Source: Desulfobacteraceae bacterium
Lineage (GTDB): Bacteria; Desulfobacterota; Desulfobacteria; Desulfobacterales; JAABSP01
Assembly (NCBI GenBank): GCA_011389855.1
Contig: JAABTM010000003.1
Span: 6 to 64,005 of the forward strand
Direction: 5' to 3'
DNA length: 64,000 bases
In this document: piece after piece, positions 18,444 through 27,932 of the stretch
How the letters are laid out: every line of letters begins with the position of its first letter
Position numbering within the stretch: position 1 is the stretch's first letter
Made by a program: the position numbers and the translations under genes
The notes under the pieces: generated by a model
What the model saw: the letters and a program-made list of their open reading frames with translations, nothing else
Told to the model about the DNA's origin: nothing
Databases searched by the model: none

Positions 18444-19225
18444 TCGGCATCCTGGACGGCGGACTGGGCGGCCTGGCGGTAGTGGAGTCCCTGAGACGCC
18501 GCCTGCCCGACTACGACCTGCTCTATTTCGGCGACACGGCCCACGGCCCCTTTGGCGGCAAAAGCGCCGAAACCGCGGCCCGGTTCGCCCTGGACGGCGC
18601 CCACCGCCTGGCGGCCCTGGGCGCCCGGTTGATCCTCGCGACCTCTCACAGCATGGCCGCCGCGGCCGGAGGTCGATTGGGGGACGCCCTTGGCATCCCG
18701 GTTTTCGATCCCATCCCGCCCGGCGCCGCCCGGGCCATCGCCCGGTCCCGGAAGGGCGCCGTCGGGGTGATCGGATCGCCCCTCATGATCGGAACCAATG
18801 CCTATGGCCGGGCCATTGCCTCTCTCGACGCTGATGCCCGGGTCCACCAGTCCGCCTGCCCGCTTCTCCCGCTCCTGGCCGAGGAGGGGCGACTCAAAAA
18901 GCCCGAGACCAACATGATTGTCCGGAAATACCTCATCCCCCTCAAATCCCGGCAGATCGACGCCCTGATCCTGGGCAGCGGTCACTACCTCCCCCTCGCC
19001 GCCGCCATCGGCCGGAAAGCCGGCAAGCGGGTGGCCATGATCGATCCCTTCGACGCCATGGCCGAGGCCGCCGGTCGGTTTCTACGGGAAACCCCCGACT
19101 TTGACGCCCAACTGCCCAAAACCGGAAACCTCCGGATCCTCCTGTCCGACATCCCCCCCGGCGCGGAAAAAACGGCCCGTTTCCTCCTGGGCCGAAACCT
19201 CAAACTGGAACCCGCCCCTCGATAG
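18440..19225 (+). CDS. Glutamate racemase (MurI) homologue lacking both catalytic cysteines
   Basis: IGILDGGLGGL and YFGDTAHGPFGGKS match MurI. The usual ACNTAS and GCTHYP motifs read ATSHSM and GSGHYL here. Confidence 0.75.
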   Translation: MIGILDGGLGGLAVVESLRRRLPDYDLLYFGDTAHGPFGGKSAETAARFALDGAHRLAALGARLILATSHSMAAAAGGRLGDALGIPVFDPIPPGAARAIARSRKGAVGVIGSPLMIGTNAYGRAIASLDADARVHQSACPLLPLLAEEGRLKKPETNMIVRKYLIPLKSRQIDALILGSGHYLPLAAAIGRKAGKRVAMIDPFDAMAEAAGRFLRETPDFDAQLPKTGNLRILLSDIPPGAEKTARFLLGRNLKLEPAPR

Positions 19226-19255
19226 CTCGCCGTAAAGGGCCCGATGCCGGCAGGC

Positions 19256-19318
19256 CGCGCGGGAGTATACTCCCACGCTACTATGTGTCGTCCCTACGGG
19301 ACTGAAATTGTAAAAATG
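19256..19318 (+). repeat. Half copy of a REP/MITE-like element (left arm plus loop)
   Basis: cgcgcgggagtatactcccacgctactatgtgtcgtccctacgggactgaaattgtaaaaatg is near-identical to 21341-21403. Confidence 0.85.
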
Positions 19319-19330
19319 GAACCCTCATGC

Positions 19331-20125
19331 TCAGACGGTCTGAAGGTGGTTCCGAACCTGGGGATGGAGACCGGGCGGGAGGGCGATGAGGTGTTCTTCT
19401 TCCTTGTCGCCGTGGAGATAATCGGACAGGAAGAATTCCCCGCCGTCCAGCTTGTGGATCTTGCCGCCGGCGGCGTTGACGATGATGGAGGCGGCAGCCA
19501 GTTCCTGGTAGGATTCGTTGGCCGCCACGGCCGCTTCGGCGCATCCGGCGGCCACGTAGCACAGGTGGGCGGCGGTGCAGCCCAGGTTCCGGATCTTCCC
19601 CGGAAAGGTTGATCGGTACCGCTGATGGAACCGGGAATAGACGAGCAGGAGACTCTCGTCGTTGACGCTGTCCTGGTTTGAAATGCGGATGGGGCGGTCG
19701 TTCCAGTAGGCGGTCCCGCCGGCCCGGGCATGGAAAAGGTCGTCGGTGGCGGCCATGTAGAAGGCGCCGAAGACCGGCCAGTAGTTTTCGAACAGGGCCA
19801 GGGAGATGCCCCATATGGGGATGTCCGCCTGGAAATTGGCCACGCCGTCCAGGGGGTCGAAGATCCAGAGAAACCGGTTTTCCTGGTGGGTGTAGGCATT
19901 GTCCTCCCGCAGGTCTGGAAAAATCCGGTGTTCCGGGAAGGTCGCCTTGAGTTCCCGGGTAAAAAATTCAGAGAGTTGAATTTCCGTCTCCGTAACCAGT
20001 CCCTGATCGAATTTCACCCGGTTTTCACCGCGACCGGAAATGTTGCACGCCTTTTCCCCCAGCCGGTTGACGATGTCCAGAGCGAAGCCGCTCAGTTCGT
20101 CGATCCTCTCGTCCGCACCCGCCAT
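19331..20125 (-). CDS. Inositol monophosphatase family protein (SuhB-like)
   Basis: IMPase motif WIFDPLDGVANF, plus the ...GC.A..L..VA.G pattern near the C-terminus. Confidence 0.85.
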   Translation of the reverse strand: MAGADERIDELSGFALDIVNRLGEKACNISGRGENRVKFDQGLVTETEIQLSEFFTRELKATFPEHRIFPDLREDNAYTHQENRFLWIFDPLDGVANFQADIPIWGISLALFENYWPVFGAFYMAATDDLFHARAGGTAYWNDRPIRISNQDSVNDESLLLVYSRFHQRYRSTFPGKIRNLGCTAAHLCYVAAGCAEAAVAANESYQELAAASIIVNAAGGKIHKLDGGEFFLSDYLHGDKEEEHLIALPPGLHPQVRNHLQTV

Positions 20126-20267
20126 GTCGCCTCCTCCTTAATTTTAGGTCTCGTCCTTTTGCCTCTTGTATCAAAGCCGCCCGTATTGTAAAAGAAGAAT
20201 TTGTTTTTTCGGCTCTTCGTCGGCGGCTCGCCGCCGGATCGGATCTCATCTTCATTTCAGAGGCTCA

Positions 20268-20846
20268 ATGGACAGGGAAGAAGGGCGCAACTTTTCGGAA
20301 TCGATCCCGGAAAATCGCGTCAAGCAGATTTTAAAAAGCGCCTACGACCGGATTATCAAGATCGGGGGCGCCCCCCGGGAGACCGCGCTGGGGTTTGCCT
20401 TGGGCGTCTTCGTGGGCATGTCCCCCTTCATGGGCGTTCATACGGCCATGGCGGTTTTCATCGCCAGCCTCCTGAAATGGAACAAGATCGCGGCGGCCAT
20501 CGGCGTCTGGATCTCCAATCCCTTTACGGCCCCCATCCTTTATGGGATAACCTATTATATTGGCGCGAATATTCTGGGGACCGCCGGCTCGCCGCCGTTT
20601 TTGGAGGGCATCGAGCTGTCGGCCTTTCTGGAGACCCTGGCCAAGGCGCCGCGGATTCTCCGGGCCATGACCCTCGGGGGCGTCCTGCTGGGGTTGCCCC
20701 TGGCGGCGGCGGCGTATTATTTCGTCCATTCGGCGGTTCGGAAATACCAGGAAGAGATCAGGGAGAAGATCGCATGGAAAAAGGTCCTGACGACCCGGAA
20801 GCGGCCGCGTCGGAAGCCCGGCCGGAAGCGGGCGGAAAATTCTTGA
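20268..20846 (+). CDS. DUF2062 membrane protein
   Basis: GAPRETALGFALGVFVGMSPFMGVHTAMAVFIASLLKWNK...ISNPFTAP. Start trimmed to ATG 20268. Confidence 0.7.
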   Translation: MDREEGRNFSESIPENRVKQILKSAYDRIIKIGGAPRETALGFALGVFVGMSPFMGVHTAMAVFIASLLKWNKIAAAIGVWISNPFTAPILYGITYYIGANILGTAGSPPFLEGIELSAFLETLAKAPRILRAMTLGGVLLGLPLAAAAYYFVHSAVRKYQEEIREKIAWKKVLTTRKRPRRKPGRKRAENS

Positions 20847-20871
20847 CAATCGCCGATTCCTTTTGTACTTA
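20843..20871 (+). promoter_or_regulatory. Possible sigma-70 promoter of rpsT
   Basis: TTGACA (20843-20848), a 17-nt spacer, then TACTTA (20866-20871). The -10 element is weak. Confidence 0.3.
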
Positions 20872-20933
20872 AAGAGTTTTATTGATGAATTGTACAAGAC
20901 CGTGATGTTGACATCAGGAAAGGAGAGAAGAGC

Positions 20934-21200
20934 GTGGCAAATCATAAATCCGCTTTAAAACGGGCCCGGCAGAACGTGGTGCGTCGGGCGCGCAACAAGA
21001 CCGTCAAGACCCGGGTCAAGAACGTGGTGAAGGAGGTCCGCTTGGCCGCGGCCGAAAGCGCCGGCGACGCGACCCAGGAAAAACTGAGAGAAGCCAAGTC
21101 CATCATCGACAAGGCGGCGACCAAAGGCGTCATCCACAAACGGACCGCCGCCCGAAAGATCTCCCGCCTCAGCCGCATGGCCAACGCCCCGGCCGCCTGA
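20934..21200 (+). CDS. rpsT: 30S ribosomal protein S20
   Basis: (GTG)ANHKSALKRARQNVVRRARNKTVKTRVK, with a GGAAAGGAGAG RBS. Confidence 0.95.
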   Translation: MANHKSALKRARQNVVRRARNKTVKTRVKNVVKEVRLAAAESAGDATQEKLREAKSIIDKAATKGVIHKRTAARKISRLSRMANAPAA

Positions 21201-21208
21201 GATCCGCT

Positions 21209-21260
21209 TCAGCGCCTGTTCTAAAACGCCGACGTTTTCGAACAGGCGCTGATGTCTTTT
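21209..21260 (+). terminator. Intrinsic terminator after rpsT
   Basis: Long hairpin TCAGCGCCTGTTC...GAACAGGCGCTGA with an inner AAAACG/CGTTTT stem, followed by TGTCTTTT. Confidence 0.7.
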
Positions 21261-21340
21261 ATTCGTTTATCCCGTTAACCCGGGATCTCCCTCTAAGGCG
21301 AATTGTTGGAATAATTATACCAAATTTGACCCCGCCCGAC

Positions 21341-21451
21341 CGCGCGGGAATGAATTCCCACGCTATTATGTGTCGTCCCTACAGGACTGGAATTGCTTGA
21401 AAATGTCCTGTAGGGACATGGTAAAATAGCGTGGGAGTTCACTCCCGCGCG
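21341..21451. repeat. Complete palindromic REP/MITE-like element (about 111 bp)
   Basis: Two inverted arms share three blocks: CGCGCGGGA, TCCCACGCTATT and GTCCCTACAGGAC. They surround a 17-nt centre (tggaattgcttgaaaat). The element lies between convergent rpsT and lptE. Confidence 0.85.
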
Positions 21452-21510
21452 GCCGGCGGTGGGCGATCCCTTGAATTCGCCTTGTTGGGATATTCATTTC
21501 CGTAATTCAC

Positions 21511-22038
21511 CTAAAAATTCGTGGTGAAGCCGTCATAGACGGTTTCCGCCATCCGCCGGGAGATTTCGATAATGGCCGCCCGCCGGTTGTGCTCCGTGGC
21601 CAGCTTGTCTTCGGACACGGGGTAGGCCTCGTTGTCCGTGAGTTTGTCGACGGACCAGAGAACCGTCCCGTCCGGCGACGCGATGGCTGCGGAGAGCGTC
21701 ACGGTCACCCGTCGCTCCAGGGCCACCTGATGGCCGCGGTGGGTGATGGTCTTTACGGCGATGGGTCCGATGGATCCGGTAAGGCGCGCATCCGCCGTAG
21801 ACTCGTCCTTGACGAGCCGGGCGGACGCCCGGCTGGCCCGGGTGAATTCGTAGACCAGGTCGTTGGTGAAGATCGTTTCGATGCCGGTGATGCCCGACCG
21901 GTTATCCAGCAGGGGGATGTAGAGCCGTTGGATTCCCGACGGCAGCTCCCCCTGGCCGGCGAACCGGTAGCCGCAGGCCCCGCAGACCAGCGGGGCCCAG
22001 AGCAGCAACAACGCGAGAAGGACCCGGAAGCGTTCCAC
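21511..22038 (-). CDS. lptE: LPS-assembly lipoprotein LptE
   Basis: Lipoprotein signal ending ..GACGYRFAG (compare the LptE CG[WY]xLR pattern). It lies immediately downstream of leuS, the conserved leuS-lptE order. Confidence 0.75.
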   Translation of the reverse strand: MERFRVLLALLLLWAPLVCGACGYRFAGQGELPSGIQRLYIPLLDNRSGITGIETIFTNDLVYEFTRASRASARLVKDESTADARLTGSIGPIAVKTITHRGHQVALERRVTVTLSAAIASPDGTVLWSVDKLTDNEAYPVSEDKLATEHNRRAAIIEISRRMAETVYDGFTTNF

Positions 22039-22039
22039 G

Positions 22040-24622
22040 TTACACCACGATGTTGACCAGCTTGCTTTTAACCACGATCACCTTTTTGATGGTCTTGCCC
22101 CCGATGAATTTCCGGACCTGTTCGTCCGAGAGGGCCCGTTCCCTGACGGCGGCCTCGTCGGCGTCGGCGTCGATGGTGAACCGGCCCCGCAGCTTGCCGT
22201 TGACCTGAACCACGATCAGGACCTCATCGGTCTTGAGGGCGGCCTCGTCGTAACCGGGCCAGGCGGTCAGCAGCACGCTCCCGTCGCGGCCGGCGGCCCG
22301 CCATAGTTCCTCGGCGAAGTGGGGGACCATGGGGGAGAGGAGCTTGACGACGGTCTCCATGGCCAGCTTCATGACGGCGGCCGCTTCCCGGGACGCGGTG
22401 TCGGGGTCAACGCCGTTCATCTCGTTGACCAGTTCCATGACGGCGCTGATGGCGGTGTTGAAATGGAACCGCTCCTCGATGTCGGTGGTCACCTTCTTGA
22501 TGGTTCCGTGGGTCTTCCGGTAGAGATCCTGGAGGTCGCCGGTCAGCCCCTCGCCGTCCGAGGGGGCGACGTCCCTGACCGCGTCTTCCCAGAGGTTGAA
22601 GAGCCGCCACACCCGGTTAAGGAACCGGTGGCCCCCTTCGACCCCCTGCTCGCTCCATTCCAGATCCCGCTCCGGCGGGGCCGCGAAAAGGCAGAAAAGG
22701 CGGGTGGTGTCGGCCCCGTACCGGTCCAGGAGCACATTGGGGTCGATGACGTTTTTTTTGGACTTGGACATTTTCTCCACGCGGCCCACCGTCGCCTGGC
22801 CGCCGCATTTCCGGCAGACCCGTTCCTCGCCCGAGGTCTCGATCTCGTCGGGAAAGAGAAACCCGTGGGCCGGGCATGCGGCGGTCTCCTTGCAAACCAT
22901 CCCCTGGGTCAGCAGCCGGGTGAAGGGTTCTTTACAATCGATGAGCCCCAGGTCGTTGAGCACCCGGGTGAAGTACCGGGAGTAGAGCAGGTGGAGGATG
23001 GCGTGCTCCACGCCGCCGATGTACTGGTCCACCGGCATCCAGTAGTCCACCGCCCCCTTGTCGAACATGGTCGTGTCGCACCGGGGGCTGCAATACCGGT
23101 CGAAGTACCAGGAGGACTCCACGAAGGTGTCCATGGTGTCCGTCTCCCGGCGGGCCGACCGGCCGCATTGGGGGCAGGTCGTCTTGATAAAGGTTTCCAG
23201 GGAGGGTAGGGGGGATTTGCCGCCTTTTAGGAGTTCGGCGTTTTCGGGCAGTTCGATGGGCAGGTCCGATTCGGCGGCAGGGACGATGCCGCAGTCGTTG
23301 CAGTGGACCATGGGGATGGGCGCCCCCCAGTACCGCTGGCGGGAGATGCCCCAGTCCCGCAGCCGGTAGTTGACGGTCTTTTTGCCCACGTTCTCCATTT
23401 CCATCCGCTCGGCGATGGCCTCCATGGCCTCCCGGTTGTGGAGGCCGTCGAAGTCGCCGGAATTGACCATGGTCCCGTCGCCGGCGTAGGCTTCGGTCAT
23501 GGTCGCCGGGTCCGGTTCCTCATCCGGCGGCTGAACGACGACGACGATCTCCAGGTCGTATTTCCGGGCGAATTCGAAATCCCGCCCGTCGTGGGCCGGC
23601 ACCGACATGACGGCGCCGGTGCCGTACTCCATGAGGGCGAAATTGGCGGTGTAGACGGGCATCCGACGGCCGTTCATGGGGTTGGTGCAATACGCGCCGG
23701 TGAAGACGCCCTCTTTTTCGTATGCCTCCACCGCCCGGCTGGAACGGTCCGACAGGGCCATCCGGTCGATGAAGGCGGCCACCGTCTCCTCCTGGTCGGT
23801 TCCCCGGGAGAGGGTCGTCGTCAGCGGATGCTCCGGCGCCAGGCACATGAAGGTGGCCCCGAAGACGGTGTCCTGGCGGGTGGTGAAGACGGTGATCTTC
23901 TCGTCCCGGCCTTCCACCGGGAAATGGATCTCCGCGCCGACCGACCGGCCGATCCAGTTTTTCTGCATGGTGGTGACCTTTTCGGGCCACCCAGGCAACC
24001 TGTCGCAGTATTCCAGCAGATCCTCGGCGTAATCGGTGATCCGGAAAAACCACTGCCACAGCTTTTTCTGGCGCACCGGCTTGCCGCACCGCCAGCACAT
24101 CCCGGCCTCCACCTGCTCGTTGGCCAGGACCGTCTGGCAGGTTTCGCACCAGTTGACGAAGGATTCCTTCCGGTAGGCCATCCCCTTTTCGTACATTTTA
24201 ATGAAGAGCCACTGTTCCCACCGGTAGTATTCCGGACGGCAGGTGGCGAGTTCCCTGTCCCAGTCGTAGGAAAGGCCCATCCGTTTGAGCTGGACCCGCA
24301 TGGCGTCGATGTTCTCGTAAGTCCAGCGGGCCGGATGGGTGTTGTTGGCGATGGCGGCGTTTTCGGCGGGCATGCCGAAGGCGTCCCATCCCATGGGGTG
24401 GAGGACGTTGTAGCCCCGCATCCGCTTGTACCGAGCCACCACGTCGCCGATGGTGTAGTTGCGCACGTGGCCCATGTGGATTTTGCCGGACGGATAGGGG
24501 AACATCTCCAGCAGATAATATTTTTCTTTGGACGGATCTTCCGAGACCTTGAACAGGTCGGTGTCTTCCCAGAACGTTTGCCATTTGACTTCGATGGTCT
24601 GGGGATCGTATTTTTCTTTCAT
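22040..24622 (-). CDS. leuS: Leucine--tRNA ligase
   Basis: [21 protein letters not shown] (HIGH region), [10 protein letters not shown] (KMSKS), and full-length class I LeuS. Start trimmed to ATG 24622. Confidence 0.98.
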   Translation of the reverse strand: MKEKYDPQTIEVKWQTFWEDTDLFKVSEDPSKEKYYLLEMFPYPSGKIHMGHVRNYTIGDVVARYKRMRGYNVLHPMGWDAFGMPAENAAIANNTHPARWTYENIDAMRVQLKRMGLSYDWDRELATCRPEYYRWEQWLFIKMYEKGMAYRKESFVNWCETCQTVLANEQVEAGMCWRCGKPVRQKKLWQWFFRITDYAEDLLEYCDRLPGWPEKVTTMQKNWIGRSVGAEIHFPVEGRDEKITVFTTRQDTVFGATFMCLAPEHPLTTTLSRGTDQEETVAAFIDRMALSDRSSRAVEAYEKEGVFTGAYCTNPMNGRRMPVYTANFALMEYGTGAVMSVPAHDGRDFEFARKYDLEIVVVVQPPDEEPDPATMTEAYAGDGTMVNSGDFDGLHNREAMEAIAERMEMENVGKKTVNYRLRDWGISRQRYWGAPIPMVHCNDCGIVPAAESDLPIELPENAELLKGGKSPLPSLETFIKTTCPQCGRSARRETDTMDTFVESSWYFDRYCSPRCDTTMFDKGAVDYWMPVDQYIGGVEHAILHLLYSRYFTRVLNDLGLIDCKEPFTRLLTQGMVCKETAACPAHGFLFPDEIETSGEERVCRKCGGQATVGRVEKMSKSKKNVIDPNVLLDRYGADTTRLFCLFAAPPERDLEWSEQGVEGGHRFLNRVWRLFNLWEDAVRDVAPSDGEGLTGDLQDLYRKTHGTIKKVTTDIEERFHFNTAISAVMELVNEMNGVDPDTASREAAAVMKLAMETVVKLLSPMVPHFAEELWRAAGRDGSVLLTAWPGYDEAALKTDEVLIVVQVNGKLRGRFTIDADADEAAVRERALSDEQVRKFIGGKTIKKVIVVKSKLVNIVV

Positions 24623-24748
24623 GCCGTGGGTCGCCTCCCGTGATGTCGTTTTAAAACTCGCCCATTCATACAATAATATCCGATCAATAGCAAGACGCCA
24701 GATGATGGGGCTTTTCAAAGGGGGGCTTTTGTGTTAATGCCTTCTCTT

Positions 24749-25522
24749 ATGACACAGACCATCTGCATCGCCAATCAGAAGGGCGGCGTCGGCAAAACCA
24801 CCACGGCGGTGAACCTGTCGGCGGCCCTGGCCATCTCCGGCAAACGCACCCTGCTGGTGGACTGCGATCCCCAGGCCAACGCCACCACCGGCGTGGGCCT
24901 GGACAAGAACGCCGTCGACCATACCCTCTACCATGGCCTGATCGGCGAGACGGCCGCGCGGGACCTCATCCAGGACACCGACATCGACCACCTCCGGGTC
25001 ATCCCCTCCCGGGTCGAACTGATCGGGTTCGACGTGGAGATGATGGAGCGGCCCGACCGCGAAAAGACCCTGAAGCGCCTCCTGTCCGATCTTGACGGCG
25101 ACTTCGACTACATCCTCCTGGACTGCCCCCCCTCCCTGAGCCTGCTGACGGTCAACGCCATGACGGCGGCGGACAGCCTGCTCATCCCGCTCCAGTGCGA
25201 GTTTTACGCCCTGGAAGGGCTGGGGCAGCTGGTGGGGACCATGCAGCGGATCCGACAGGGGCTCAACCCCGGCCTCAAAATCGAGGGCATCCTGCTCACC
25301 ATGTTCGACGGCCGCACCAACCTGGCCCAGCAGGTGGCGGAGGACGCCCGGAACTATTTCAAAAACCAGGTTTTCGGAACCATCATCCCCCGAAACGTGC
25401 GGCTGGGGGAATCGCCCAGCTTCGGCAAACCCATCATGATCTACGACCCCCATTCCGTGGGCGCCAGAACCTATGAGGCCCTCTGCCGGGAGATTCTGGC
25501 CCGCGGAAAGGCGACCCAATAA
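24749..25522 (+). CDS. parA: ParA/Soj chromosome-partitioning ATPase
   Basis: ICIANQKGGVGKTTTAVNL (deviant Walker A). GTG 24731 or ATG 24737 are alternative starts. Confidence 0.93.
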   Translation: MTQTICIANQKGGVGKTTTAVNLSAALAISGKRTLLVDCDPQANATTGVGLDKNAVDHTLYHGLIGETAARDLIQDTDIDHLRVIPSRVELIGFDVEMMERPDREKTLKRLLSDLDGDFDYILLDCPPSLSLLTVNAMTAADSLLIPLQCEFYALEGLGQLVGTMQRIRQGLNPGLKIEGILLTMFDGRTNLAQQVAEDARNYFKNQVFGTIIPRNVRLGESPSFGKPIMIYDPHSVGARTYEALCREILARGKATQ

Positions 25523-25530
25523 GGTGACAC

Positions 25531-26439
25531 ATGCCTGATCCTTCACCCCCCAGCAGCGAAGCCCGAAAAGGGAAGAAACGGGCCCTGGGCCGGGGTCTCG
25601 ACGCCCTGATCCCGGGGATCGGCGGCGGAGACGACGCCCCCGCCGCCGACGTGTCCCGGGAGTATTTCCTGTGCGATATCGAGGCCATCCGGCCCAATCC
25701 CTATCAACCGCGAACCCGGTTCGCCGAAGAGGCCCTGAACGAACTGGTGGAGTCCATCCGGGAACAGGGGGTCTTGCAGCCGGTGCTGGTGCGAAAGGTC
25801 GAAACCGGATACGAACTCATCGCCGGCGAGCGGCGTTTCCGGGCCGCCAGGCGGGCGGGCCTGGACCGGATGCCGGTGGTGGTCAAGGACATCTCCGACG
25901 ACCGGCTGCTGGAACTCTCCCTCATCGAAAACATCCAGCGCCAGGACTTAAACCCCCTGGAAGAGGCCGACGCCTACCACATGCTCACCACGGAATTCAA
26001 CCTCACCCAGGACGAGGTGGCCCGGCGGGTGGGCCGGAACCGGGCCACGGTGACCAATTTCCTCCGGCTTCGGGGTCTGCCCGACCCGATCAAGGAGACC
26101 ATCCTCGACGGAACCCTGAGCATGGGCCACGCAAGGGCGTTGCTGAGCGCCGACACCCTGGCCCAGCAAAGCGCCGCGTGGCGGGAGGTCGTGACCAAAG
26201 GGCTGTCCGTCCGGGAGACGGAAAAGCTCATCCGCAAGCTCAAGGCCAAACGGAACGCGCCGGAAAAGCCCAGGCCCGACGAAAACGACCGGTACTTCAC
26301 CAGCGTGGCCGAAGACCTCTCCCGGTATTTCGGCGCCAAGGTGGCGATCAACCGTAAGGGCAAACGGGGCAAGGTGGAGATCGAGTTTTACAACGACGAC
26401 GACTTGGACCGCCTTTTGGGGCTGCTGAACCGGTCGTGA
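25531..26439 (+). CDS. parB: ParB/Spo0J partition protein
   Basis: ALGRGLDALI, IRPNPYQPR, LIAGERRFRAA, IENIQRQDLNPLEEA, and the HTH FNLTQDEVARRVGRNRATVTN. Confidence 0.95.
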   Translation: MPDPSPPSSEARKGKKRALGRGLDALIPGIGGGDDAPAADVSREYFLCDIEAIRPNPYQPRTRFAEEALNELVESIREQGVLQPVLVRKVETGYELIAGERRFRAARRAGLDRMPVVVKDISDDRLLELSLIENIQRQDLNPLEEADAYHMLTTEFNLTQDEVARRVGRNRATVTNFLRLRGLPDPIKETILDGTLSMGHARALLSADTLAQQSAAWREVVTKGLSVRETEKLIRKLKAKRNAPEKPRPDENDRYFTSVAEDLSRYFGAKVAINRKGKRGKVEIEFYNDDDLDRLLGLLNRS

Positions 26440-26497
26440 GGATCGGCATGGGGTCGCATGGGTCGGAGGCAAACAAGAGCAGAAGGAGGGCGATTCG

Positions 26498-27922
26498 ATG
26501 AACACCGGATGTGTCAAGGCGAGGTTGTGGGGCCCGACTTTGATCGCGGGCCTTCTTTTTTTGTGGGGTTTCGGGGCGACCCATCTGTATGCCGCGGACT
26601 GGACGGCCCAGGCGAGTTCGTCAACCGCAACGCTGAGAGCGGTGTCCGGAACGGCCAATGACGCCGTCTTTGCGGTGGGCGATGATGGAACGATTCTCCG
26701 GTTCGACGGTACGGTATGGGCGCCGATGTCCGGCGCGGCGGTGGATCTCCGGGGCATCTGGGCCAAACCGGACCCCGACATCGGCGTTAAGGCGTTTTCC
26801 GTCGGCATGGGAGGCTGGATCTACCGATACGACAACAACGCGTCCGGCGTGTGGATGGCGATGCCGTCGCCCACCGGCGATCAATTGCGAAGCATGGACG
26901 GGACCGGGGAAGGAACGGTGTTCGCGGTCGGCGGCAACGGCGTGATCCTGCGGCATGATTCGACCGAACCCGCCAGCGGATGGAAATCGGAGACCAACCC
27001 GGACCCCAACGACACCATTTTGTGGGATCTCTGGGGGTGTTCCGACTGCGCCGCCGCAGTGGCGGTGGGGTTTTACGGGGTGATCCTTCGCTATGACGGC
27101 CTGGCGTGGAACGAGATGGTCAGTGGGACTTCGGAATTTCTCCTCGGCGTATGGGGCGGCGGCGAGAGCGACGTTTTCGCCGTGGGAAACAACGGGACGA
27201 TTCTCCACAATGATGGAACCGGATGGGAACCGATGGAAAGTCCGGTCTCGGCCAATCTGCGCTCCGTCTGGGGCCGGTCGGCCACGGATGTCTACGCCGT
27301 CGGCGACGGCGGCGTGATTCTGCACTATGACGGCGTTTGGGCGGTGGAGGACAGCGGTACGACCGAGATCCTTAACGGCGTCTGGGGAACGCCGGACGGC
27401 GTCTTCGCCGTTGGAGGCAAAGGCACGATCCTTTATAAGGGCGCCCCTGGACCGACCACCGCCACCCTCAACGGCGCGGCGACCGCCGTGATCGCAGGGG
27501 AAACCGTTCCGGTCGCCGGCGCGGTGGTCAGCGTTTTGGGGTGTGATATCCCGTCCGCCGAAACCGGCGAGGACGGTCAATACACTCTTGCCGGTCTCCG
27601 GGAGGGAACCCATACCCTCCTGATCGAAGCGCCGGGCATGGACCCGGTGCCCCAGAGTGTCCAGGTCGCGGAAGGCGCGACCCAGACCGCCGATTTCGAC
27701 GTGGATCCGCCGCCATGGATCGAAACGGTGGTGGACGATCAGGTGGCCGCCCTCAACGCCGAAATCGACGGGTTGAAAACCGAGATCGCGGGCATGTACA
27801 CCCAGGAAGAACGGGATGCCGCCGTGTCGGCGGCCCTGGCCCCCTTCGACGTGGGCGTCCCGGGCAAGGTGGGGCTGGAAGAGGCGATCCACGCCCTTGA
27901 AGTTTCGGCCGGGGTAAAATAG
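26498..27922 (+). CDS. Secreted repeat protein (beta-propeller-like repeats plus carboxypeptidase-regulatory-like domain)
   Basis: It has a signal peptide and about 7 repeats of L.G(V/I)WG...DV(F/Y)AVG..G(T/V)IL(R/H)(F/Y)DG..W. These are followed by GAVVSV..ETGEDGQYTLAGLREGTHTL and a coiled tail ending GLEEAIHALEVSAG. Confidence 0.6.
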   Translation: MNTGCVKARLWGPTLIAGLLFLWGFGATHLYAADWTAQASSSTATLRAVSGTANDAVFAVGDDGTILRFDGTVWAPMSGAAVDLRGIWAKPDPDIGVKAFSVGMGGWIYRYDNNASGVWMAMPSPTGDQLRSMDGTGEGTVFAVGGNGVILRHDSTEPASGWKSETNPDPNDTILWDLWGCSDCAAAVAVGFYGVILRYDGLAWNEMVSGTSEFLLGVWGGGESDVFAVGNNGTILHNDGTGWEPMESPVSANLRSVWGRSATDVYAVGDGGVILHYDGVWAVEDSGTTEILNGVWGTPDGVFAVGGKGTILYKGAPGPTTATLNGAATAVIAGETVPVAGAVVSVLGCDIPSAETGEDGQYTLAGLREGTHTLLIEAPGMDPVPQSVQVAEGATQTADFDVDPPPWIETVVDDQVAALNAEIDGLKTEIAGMYTQEERDAAVSAALAPFDVGVPGKVGLEEAIHALEVSAGVK

Positions 27923-27932
27923 GCGCCGGATC

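Noticed and set aside
19290-19311. GTCGTCCCTACGGGACTGAAAT looks like a CRISPR repeat (palindromic core plus a GAAAT tail).
   Set aside because: There are only isolated copies, embedded in a larger palindromic element. There is no repeat-spacer periodicity and there are no cas genes in the window.
24650-26500. Searched around parAB (and across the rest of the window) for a parS site (TGTTTCACGTGAAACA).
   Set aside because: By eye, none of the CACGTG occurrences sits in a parS-like context. parS sites are probably outside this window.
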